This document shows positions 56,688-64,000 of a stretch of DNA of 64,000 nucleotides, piece by piece. Position 1 is the stretch's first letter, and each line of letters begins with the position of its first letter. Source of the stretch: a virus. The translations under genes were made by a program, and so were the position numbers. The stretch covers positions 32,001-96,000 of IMG/VR virus record IMGVR_UViG_3300021602_000003. One strand, 5' to 3'. The notes under the pieces were generated by a model. That model was not told the origin of the DNA, did no database searches, and saw only the letters and a program-made list of their open reading frames with translations.

Positions 56688-58580
56688 ATGATATACGAAA
56701 CCTATATTGCAAAAAGTCGCTACGCCAGATACATCGATTCTAAGAAACGTCGAGAGAATTGGGATGAAACTGTAGTACGATATTTTGACTTTATGACAGA
56801 CCATTTGAAAGAACAATGTAACTATACTCTAACAAAAGAATTAAGATCGGAATTACAGAGTGCAGTTACTAATTTCGAAGTCATGCCTTCTATGCGAGCC
56901 TTAATGACAGCAGGTAAAGCATTAGGTAGAGATAATACTTCCGGTTATAACTGTTCTTACTTGCCTATCGACGATCCAAAAGCATTCGATGAAGCGATGT
57001 TTATTTTATTATGTGGCACCGGTGTGGGATTTAGTGTAGAAAGACAATATATAGCAAAATTACCAGAAGTACCAGAAAGAATTTTTGATAGTGAATCTGT
57101 TATCGTTGTATCAGATAGTAAAGAAGGTTGGGCAAAGTCTTTGCGTCAGGTCATTGCAATGTTATATTCGGGTGAAGCACCTAGATGGGACACAAGTAAG
57201 GTTCGCCCAGCAGGCGCTAGATTAAAAACTTTTGGCGGTCGAGCATCTGGCCCGGAACCATTGGTAGAATTATTCAAGTTTGTTGTTAAGATTTTTAAGA
57301 ATGCTCAAGGACGTAAATTAAATAGTATCGAATGTCACGATATTATGTGTAAGGTAGGTGAAGTGGTTGTTGTAGGCGGTGTACGTAGATCGGCAATGAT
57401 TTCTTTATCGAATCTTTCTGATGACCGTATGCGTAATGCTAAGACAGGTTCTTGGTGGGAGACACAAGGCCAGCGTGCCTTAGCTAATAATAGTGCTTGC
57501 CATACAGAACGACCTGATGTGGGTATTTTTATGCAAGAGTGGTTATCACTATATGAATCTAAATCGGGCGAGCGTGGGATATTTAATAGAGAAGCAGCAA
57601 AGAATATTGTTAAGATGAACGGTCGTCGTAACCCGGACTTCGAGTTTGGTACAAATCCATGTGCAGAGATCATTTTACGTCCATACCAATTCTGTAATTT
57701 GACCGAAATTATTGTTCGATCTACAGATACATTAGATGATTTATTGAGAAAAGCCCGTATTGCAACAATAATGGGTACATTCCAGTCGACAATGACTCAT
57801 TTTCCTTACCTTCGTAAGATTTGGCGCGACAATACCGAACAAGAACGCTTATTAGGTGTGTCTATGACCGGTATATTAGATAATCATCTGTTAAATGACC
57901 CGTCCGATAAAGAATTACCTGCACGTCTTGAAGCAATTAAGGCATTAACGGTAGATGTAAATACTAAATTAGCATCATCGTTGGGAATACAGGCAGCAGC
58001 AGCCATTACCGCAGTTAAGCCTTCCGGTACAGTATCTCAATTAACAAATACTGCAAGTGGTATTCATCCACGTCATGCTGCTTATTACTATAGACGTATC
58101 CGTGGTGATATTAAAGATCCTCTTACGAAGGCTATGATGGCAGCAGGAGTACCTTGCGAGCCTGATGTAATGAAACCAGGTAGTACGATGGTATTTACTT
58201 TCCCGAAGAAAGCACCTGACGGGGCAGTATTACGTTGCCAATTAGATGCTATAAAGCATTTGAATCTGTGGCTTGTTTATCAGCGACACTATTGCGAGCA
58301 TAAACCGTCAGTAACTATCTCCGTTAGTGAAAAAGAATGGCCGGCAGTGGGTGCATTTGTCTGGGATCATTTTGATGAGATGTCAGGTGTCTCTTTCTTG
58401 CCATATGACGGTGGCAATTATAAACAAGCACCATACGAAGATTGTACTAAAGAAGAATTCGAAGCATTATCGGCTAAGATGCCTAAGGATATTGATTGGG
58501 ATAATATTGTAGAATTAGATGATAATGTGGAAGGTGCACAAATGTTGGCTTGCACTGCAGGAGGCGGGTGCGAGATCTAA
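56688..58580 (+). CDS. nrdJ: class II (B12-dependent) ribonucleotide reductase
   Basis: PSMRALMTAG, YNC, GTGVGFSVE, GGVRRSA, TNPCAEI, FCNL, KPSGTVSQL, C-terminal C..G.C; no adjacent nrdB. Confidence 0.92.
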   Translation: MIYETYIAKSRYARYIDSKKRRENWDETVVRYFDFMTDHLKEQCNYTLTKELRSELQSAVTNFEVMPSMRALMTAGKALGRDNTSGYNCSYLPIDDPKAFDEAMFILLCGTGVGFSVERQYIAKLPEVPERIFDSESVIVVSDSKEGWAKSLRQVIAMLYSGEAPRWDTSKVRPAGARLKTFGGRASGPEPLVELFKFVVKIFKNAQGRKLNSIECHDIMCKVGEVVVVGGVRRSAMISLSNLSDDRMRNAKTGSWWETQGQRALANNSACHTERPDVGIFMQEWLSLYESKSGERGIFNREAAKNIVKMNGRRNPDFEFGTNPCAEIILRPYQFCNLTEIIVRSTDTLDDLLRKARIATIMGTFQSTMTHFPYLRKIWRDNTEQERLLGVSMTGILDNHLLNDPSDKELPARLEAIKALTVDVNTKLASSLGIQAAAAITAVKPSGTVSQLTNTASGIHPRHAAYYYRRIRGDIKDPLTKAMMAAGVPCEPDVMKPGSTMVFTFPKKAPDGAVLRCQLDAIKHLNLWLVYQRHYCEHKPSVTISVSEKEWPAVGAFVWDHFDEMSGVSFLPYDGGNYKQAPYEDCTKEEFEALSAKMPKDIDWDNIVELDDNVEGAQMLACTAGGGCEI

Positions 58581-58581
58581 T

Positions 58582-59268
58582 ATGAATTATTATCTTTATA
58601 AGATAATTAACACGATTTCCGGCAAGATATACATAGGTGTACGCAAAAGTGTCGTTCTGCCGGAAATCGATTCATACATGGGTTCGGGTATAGCCATAAA
58701 ATCTGCCATAAAGAAACACGGATTAAAAAATTTTACAAAAAATATATTAGAAGTATTTGAAACAGAATTACAGATGTATGGCAGGGAGGCAGATATAGTA
58801 AATACAGATTTTATACTCAGGGAAGATACATATAATATAGCATTAGGCGGCCAAGGCGGTGACCGATGGACAAACGACCCTAACAGAGATATTAGGAGTA
58901 AGAATTTATCCAAATCGTTATTGGCTAGATATGAATCTATGACCGCCGAAGATCGTAAATTAATATATGGTTTAAAAGGTACAAAAAATCCGTTTAGTGC
59001 ATATAATAAGACTCTTACCAGAGAAGATAGGCAGGCCAAAACTGCAAAATATAATTATACATTAATATCCCCAAACAGAGAGTTATTTAATACAAATAGT
59101 CTTAAGGATTTCTGTTTAACACACGGATTAAATAGAGACACATTTATATATTTTATGGATAAGGGATTGATACCGGAGTACAGCAGAACTGGGAAGAAAG
59201 ATTCGGGAAATATATCAAGGATACGGACAACCGGATGGTCTGTAACACGGTTACTCATATTAAGATAG
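58582..59268 (+). CDS. GIY-YIG homing endonuclease (Seg-like)
   Basis: YLYKIIN..SGKIYIG, YMGSG..IK.AIKKHG, YNIALGG. Confidence 0.9.
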   Translation: MNYYLYKIINTISGKIYIGVRKSVVLPEIDSYMGSGIAIKSAIKKHGLKNFTKNILEVFETELQMYGREADIVNTDFILREDTYNIALGGQGGDRWTNDPNRDIRSKNLSKSLLARYESMTAEDRKLIYGLKGTKNPFSAYNKTLTREDRQAKTAKYNYTLISPNRELFNTNSLKDFCLTHGLNRDTFIYFMDKGLIPEYSRTGKKDSGNISRIRTTGWSVTRLLILR

Positions 59269-59338
59269 AAATATTAACCGAATGTTTGCTTTTTAAACAC
59301 ATAACATATACAATAACACAATAATATTAAGGGATAAT

Positions 59339-59638
59339 ATGCTAAAAGACACATCATACATAAAAGTATTTAAATTATCGACAGGGGAAGAAATTATAGC
59401 AAGTGTTGCTGAAGAAACAACGACTGCTATTATGATTAAGAATCCTTTGCAAATGGTAATGGGTCAACGTGGTCCACAATTTGGCCCATTTATGGTGATG
59501 GCAGATCCGGGAAAAACAATTTCGTTGAACAGATCGCTAATTGTTGCTACGACTACACCTTTGGTAGAGTTGGAAGGTCAATATGAAAGTATTACAACAG
59601 GAATTGCATTGCCACAAAAAAGCTCTATCATCACCTAA
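59339..59638 (+). CDS. Sm-like fold phage protein
   Basis: FKLSTGEEIIA, IKNPL, Y..ITTGI.LP. Confidence 0.55.
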   Translation: MLKDTSYIKVFKLSTGEEIIASVAEETTTAIMIKNPLQMVMGQRGPQFGPFMVMADPGKTISLNRSLIVATTTPLVELEGQYESITTGIALPQKSSIIT

Positions 59639-59647
59639 AGGATAATC

Positions 59648-59860
59648 ATGAACATGAGAACTACACCCAAGACACCGTATGAAATTAGATTAGAGCTATT
59701 GCAACTCGCCCAGATAATTCTCAACGGGAAACATGCAGCAGATGCTGCCGCAGCAAATTCGACCAGACCTGCAGCTACAACAGCACCTACCACAGAAGAA
59801 ATTATTACAGAAGCCGAAAAAATGAATGCATTTATTTCTAAAGCTAATCTATCGCATTAA
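59648..59860 (+). CDS. hypothetical protein
   Basis: KTPYEIRLELL..A; PTTEEIITEAEKMNAFIS. Confidence 0.7.
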   Translation: MNMRTTPKTPYEIRLELLQLAQIILNGKHAADAAAANSTRPAATTAPTTEEIITEAEKMNAFISKANLSH

Positions 59861-59898
59861 ATTTGACAACATGGGGAAAATACTGTATTATATTCTCT

Positions 59899-60678
59899 AT
59901 GTACAAAAATATTAAATTAGCTATAAGGAAATTTAAACATTGGTTTAAATTTCAACCTCCTGGGTCAATGACTTCGAAAGGGTGGCGTCTTTTTGAAAAA
60001 GAATTTAGCGAAAAGGCGCCAATCCGATATTGGTTTAAAACAAAGTTTAGAAGAAATATCGTACTACCAATAATATGGAAGTATGAAGCTATCGATCAAT
60101 GGATCCGACATCGTACATATGACAAATATCATGTCGTTAAAACAGGACTGAAGCCTGGATATTACGATATAGATACACTAATGTTACATTCTAACTTCAA
60201 CATGTTGAAAGACTTTGTTGAAGTCGAGCAAGCAATACACACATATTGGTGGTCGGATGAGTGTAAGAATGCAAGTTGGTTTGAAAAGCATATGCCATTT
60301 TATCGAACATTTTATCCTTTCCGACGACCCGAGTTAGGTATCAAACATCTAGAATGGGCGGCTACACTCGACGATCCATCTTTACCAGTGCATGAAAGGT
60401 GTGACAGCCAGGCCGTTTTTGCTAGAGAAACTCTATTATTGTATAGATGGTGGGTGAATGAACGACCAGCAAGAGAAAAAGAAAAATATGTCGAATATAA
60501 TGATCAAGGTCTGGGTTCATTGGGTTGTTTTGATGATGATTTCGACAGAGAAGCCGATGACTATAAAGATCATATAAAATCTATGACATCACGTCAGAAT
60601 AAAGAAGAAGAGTGGCAACAAGAAGACGACGACATGCTTGTTCGCCTTGTTAAGGTGCGCCGCGGATTATGGACTTAA
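59899..60678 (+). CDS. hypothetical protein (likely leaderless)
   Basis: The track's TTG start is the -35 box (TTGACA-N17-TATTAT); ATG 59899 in frame. Confidence 0.7.
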   Translation: MYKNIKLAIRKFKHWFKFQPPGSMTSKGWRLFEKEFSEKAPIRYWFKTKFRRNIVLPIIWKYEAIDQWIRHRTYDKYHVVKTGLKPGYYDIDTLMLHSNFNMLKDFVEVEQAIHTYWWSDECKNASWFEKHMPFYRTFYPFRRPELGIKHLEWAATLDDPSLPVHERCDSQAVFARETLLLYRWWVNERPAREKEKYVEYNDQGLGSLGCFDDDFDREADDYKDHIKSMTSRQNKEEEWQQEDDDMLVRLVKVRRGLWT

Positions 60679-61040
60679 TGCCTGATTTAGAGCGTGATAT
60701 GATTGCCGACCCAATCATAATTACACATTTGGAAAATAAAGAACTTGCGAGAGAATTCTATGCCGCAATGTGTAATATGAGATGGGAAAAGATAGATGAG
60801 CGCGATCGCGATCAACAAATTATCGATAAGCTAAAGGGCATAAATCCCAATATATGGTCGATTTCGTGGAGAGGCTCCGGCGGAGTTATTGCGGGCCTAC
60901 GTAATATGTTTTATAATACAACAGAAGATTACATAGACTTTTATTGCGGTGGTAATGAAGGTTTAGTAAGTCCCTTAGTAGAAGAATGTTTTAATAGATT
61001 AGGATGGAAACAGTGTCCTTGGGAAGAAGAAATTGTATAA
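60669..61040 (+). CDS. hypothetical protein
   Basis: FYAAMCN, SISWRGSGG.IA, DYIDFYC. Confidence 0.7.
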   Translation: MDLMPDLERDMIADPIIITHLENKELAREFYAAMCNMRWEKIDERDRDQQIIDKLKGINPNIWSISWRGSGGVIAGLRNMFYNTTEDYIDFYCGGNEGLVSPLVEECFNRLGWKQCPWEEEIV

Positions 61041-61800
61041 TAGTTTAGAAAATTATGTGAAGAATAGTTTTGATGGAATGTTAGTATTCGGAGATACCCA
61101 CGGAGATTACAATTTATTCGAAAAAGCATATAATTTTGCTAAGAGTGAAAACTTTTTCTTTATGTCTATGGGAGACTTAGTAGACCGTGGCCATCAACCG
61201 TTTGAAGTAGTAAAAGCAATGTACGAAGCAATGTACGAAGGTCGTGCAGGTTTGGTGATAGGAAATCACGATGATAAATTTCGTAGATATGCTGATGGTG
61301 CAAAAGTAAGCTTTTCTACAGATGCCAAGCGTACATTAGACGATGTCGGCCCAGATAAAATGGAAGATTTCTTAAAAATGTATGTCTCTATGATAGATGA
61401 CAAGATGTTTTCTGGATTCTTTCATAAATTCGACGAGTTTACCTTAGTACATGCAGGATGCCACAAGCGTATGTGGGAATCCGGTTTCGTTATGAGTAAG
61501 ACAGAGAAGGCTAGGTTCTTAGTAGGCGAAACAAACGGTCAAAAATATGATGATGGATATCCTGTTAGGCTATATAACTGGATAGAGGATGTTCCTATGG
61601 GGAAGACGGTTATGGTAGGGCATGATAAAATGCCTATTCATAATGTTAATATAACTGAGCCGATGACCGTTTCTAATAAGAATGGTGGCAAGGTGATATT
61701 TTTAGATACTGGTTGCGGTAAAGGCGGATTCTTATCTGGTGCAGTAATGTTATCGGGTAAGAAGGGCTTTGTAGTTGACAGATTTGTCGAGTTTAAATGA
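61033..61800 (+). CDS. calcineurin-like metallophosphoesterase resembling the bacterial Pnkp phosphatase module
   Basis: GDTHG, GDLVDRG, GNHD, VHAG, GH, LDTGC; GETNG..DDGYPVR.YNW resembles Pnkp/PrpE. Confidence 0.8.
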   Translation: MYNSLENYVKNSFDGMLVFGDTHGDYNLFEKAYNFAKSENFFFMSMGDLVDRGHQPFEVVKAMYEAMYEGRAGLVIGNHDDKFRRYADGAKVSFSTDAKRTLDDVGPDKMEDFLKMYVSMIDDKMFSGFFHKFDEFTLVHAGCHKRMWESGFVMSKTEKARFLVGETNGQKYDDGYPVRLYNWIEDVPMGKTVMVGHDKMPIHNVNITEPMTVSNKNGGKVIFLDTGCGKGGFLSGAVMLSGKKGFVVDRFVEFK

Positions 61801-61885
61801 AAAATTTGACAAAAGCGCCGCAGACTAGTAATATTACAACTGTTGCAGCCATACTGGCTTAACAAAATTTTAACTTGGAGAATTT

Positions 61886-62140
61886 ATGACAAACACAAAC
61901 GCAAAGAAATTGGTAAAGATTGATAAAGCTGCAAAATTTGTTCCCGTTGAAGGAAGTTCGCTTGTTGCTTCTTATGCACGTACAGGTAATGATCTTGCAT
62001 TGAAGTTTAATAACGGCGGTACTTATTTGTATAAGGCTGTTGACGAAAAGACAATGGAGAGCTTTGTTGCAGCGGCTTCTAAAGGCAAGTTCTTTGCTTC
62101 GAGCATCAGAAATAAGTTTATTGCTGAACAAGCAGAATAA
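61886..62140 (+). CDS. KTSC domain protein
   Basis: VEGSSLV..Y..L.LKFNNGGTYLY..V..F..A.SKGKFF..IR. Confidence 0.85.
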   Translation: MTNTNAKKLVKIDKAAKFVPVEGSSLVASYARTGNDLALKFNNGGTYLYKAVDEKTMESFVAAASKGKFFASSIRNKFIAEQAE

Positions 62141-62158
62141 TTTATAAATAGGTCCACA

Positions 62159-62419
62159 ATGGCAGAATTATTAAAATGGAATATAAGTGTCGAATGCGGA
62201 CCTACTGCATCAGATGTACATCATATCATAATTAATGCAACTTCTTCGGAAGATGCATTGGTTAAAGCTAAACAGTGGGCGGAAGACAATAATGTAAAAA
62301 ACCCTACGTTTAGCGAACCGTATGAAGACATATACGATGAGTTTTTAGAATGGACACCCGAAGAAGAGGAAGAGTTCCTGCACATAGTTAATAACTCGGG
62401 TAATATTGGCGAAGATTGA
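62159..62419 (+). CDS. hypothetical acidic protein
   Basis: TATAAATA upstream. Confidence 0.6.
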   Translation: MAELLKWNISVECGPTASDVHHIIINATSSEDALVKAKQWAEDNNVKNPTFSEPYEDIYDEFLEWTPEEEEEFLHIVNNSGNIGED

Positions 62420-62510
62420 CCAAGATTATGCCGTTATTGTATAATAAAGGCTAAATAACAATAGTAGAGATAGACTTTACTATATCATTAAACAACATAG
62501 GATTTATGTT

Positions 62511-63542
62511 ATGACAAAACAGTATCATACACTCGTATTCATCGGTCGGTTTCAACCGGTGCACAATGCTCACACAGAAATCATCCGTAGAGCAAGTAAA
62601 CTTTCCAAACAAATTATTATCATTGTCGGCAGTGCTAATCAACCACGGACCTATAAGAATCCGTGGACAAGCAAAGACCGCCAAAACATGCTCGAAAATA
62701 TTCTGAACTATATAGTTCCAGAGACAGAGTGTGCGGTTCGTATCGAGCACAATACAGACACAATCTATAATGATACAGCATGGGCCGGCCGTGTCCAGTC
62801 TATTGTAGCAAAACATACACAACCGGGTGATAAGATTGGTGTAATCGGGCATAAGAAAGATAGCACCTGCTTTTATCTTGATATGTTTCCGCAATGGGAA
62901 CAAGTTGAAGTTCCACTACTGGAACCTCTCAACGCTACGAATATTCGTGATCTTTATTTTCGCCGAGATGCTAATATGCACTTTATTCATGGTGTTGTTC
63001 CACAACCTGTATTTAGATTGCTAGAAGGTTGGAAAGATACACCAGAATACGAACAAATTATTCGTGAACGAGAATTTGTTGAAATGTATAAAAAACAATA
63101 TTCGAGTTTACCATATGAACCAGTATTTGTAACAACCGATGCTGTAGTAATATGCTCTGGACATGTGGCAATGATCAAACGCCGCAGCGAACCAGGTAAA
63201 GGTCTGTGGGCATTACCCGGCGGATTCTTAAATGCTGCTACAGATAAGAGTGTTGTAGATGCAATGATTCGCGAATTACGTGAAGAGACAGGTATTAAGG
63301 TACCTGCCCCTGTACTTTTAGGTAGCATTAAGGATTCGCGTGTTTTTGACGCAATAAACCGTAGTGCCAGAGGCAGAACAATAACGCACGCCTTTAAGAT
63401 TCTATTGCCAGATGGTCCACTACCGAAAATTAAAGGTATGGATGATGCAGTTAAGGCAGAATGGATCCCGATTAGCGAAATAGACAGTAATGTATGTTTT
63501 GAAGATCATTTCGAAATTATTAATCACTTTTTGGGGAACTAA
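62511..63542 (+). CDS. nadM: bifunctional NMN adenylyltransferase / ADP-ribose pyrophosphatase (NadM-Nudix)
   Basis: FIGRFQPVHNAH, GSAN, KNPW; Nudix box GG..RELREETG, DDA, FEDH. Confidence 0.93.
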   Translation: MTKQYHTLVFIGRFQPVHNAHTEIIRRASKLSKQIIIIVGSANQPRTYKNPWTSKDRQNMLENILNYIVPETECAVRIEHNTDTIYNDTAWAGRVQSIVAKHTQPGDKIGVIGHKKDSTCFYLDMFPQWEQVEVPLLEPLNATNIRDLYFRRDANMHFIHGVVPQPVFRLLEGWKDTPEYEQIIREREFVEMYKKQYSSLPYEPVFVTTDAVVICSGHVAMIKRRSEPGKGLWALPGGFLNAATDKSVVDAMIRELREETGIKVPAPVLLGSIKDSRVFDAINRSARGRTITHAFKILLPDGPLPKIKGMDDAVKAEWIPISEIDSNVCFEDHFEIINHFLGN

Positions 63543-63543
63543 A

Positions 63544-64000
63544 ATGAGAAATAAGATACCAACTGGCTACCTCTTTACAGTCGATGGATTACGTGGCGAA
63601 CTCGAAACATTATCTATCGGAGACTACGGAAAATCACGAAACATAAAAGCTGATTTTCTCGGATTTCCAAATGAAATCAACGGAGTTGCAAATGGCAATT
63701 GTTTGCCCTTATCTGAAAAATGGGTGATCACACTCTCAACGCAATATGGTTGTATCCAAAACTGCCGATTTTGCGATGTGCCAAAGATTCCATTTAAGGG
63801 TAATGCATCCTTCGACGATCTTAAGTTACAGTTTTATGAGGCAGTAAAATGTTTTCCCGAAGTTCATTATACTGACCGGTTGAATATTCATTTTGCTCGG
63901 ATGGGCGAACCTATTGTTAATGATCATGTTTTCAACTTCGCAAGATGGTTATTTACTAACAAACATATTATTCAGCAAGAGTTAAATCTCCGTACCGAAG
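63544..64000 (+). CDS. RlmN/Cfr-like radical SAM protein, 3'-truncated by window
   Basis: LSTQYGCIQNCRFCD (CxxxCxxC) and ARMGEP; not in ORF track. Confidence 0.8.
   Translation, partial: MRNKIPTGYLFTVDGLRGELETLSIGDYGKSRNIKADFLGFPNEINGVANGNCLPLSEKWVITLSTQYGCIQNCRFCDVPKIPFKGNASFDDLKLQFYEAVKCFPEVHYTDRLNIHFARMGEPIVNDHVFNFARWLFTNKHIIQQELNLRTE

Noticed and set aside
30651-58580. Introns or inteins in terL, uvsX, helicase, nrdJ
   Set aside because: All are uninterrupted and of normal length
1-64000. Stop-codon reassignment
   Set aside because: Core genes are full length in the standard code, TAA/TGA/TAG all terminate genes, and no suppressor tRNA is seen

Overview
A 64 kb segment of a large, AT-rich, T4-like (probably jumbo) myophage genome that uses the standard genetic code. 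It carries core modules: rIIA/rIIB, neck, sheath, tube, head completion, terminase, gp32, UvsX/Y/W, primase, helicase, a miniature DnaE-like protein and a class II RNR. It also carries about 9 free-standing homing endonucleases, six tRNAs and NAD/ADP-ribose enzymes. Early promoters are sigma70-like and late promoters are (T)GATAAATA. The most notable locus is at about 1-5.9 kb. The C-terminus of an RNA ligase is followed by a Ro60/TROVE-like vWA protein (DUF2828-type). This gene is flanked by six non-coding elements that share a terminal helix and an unpaired CAGCAA motif (CTGCC in one). Two of them are circularly permuted tRNA mimics (T-arm before D-arm, like bacterial YrlA Y RNAs), and one minimal copy abuts the RBS of the Ro-like gene. 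A cyclic-phosphate receiver domain, a Pnkp-type phosphoesterase, two KTSC proteins and an RlmN-like radical SAM enzyme are also present. Together these suggest a phage-encoded non-canonical Ro/Y-RNA and tRNA-repair system. All family assignments come from motif recognition by eye; no searches were run.
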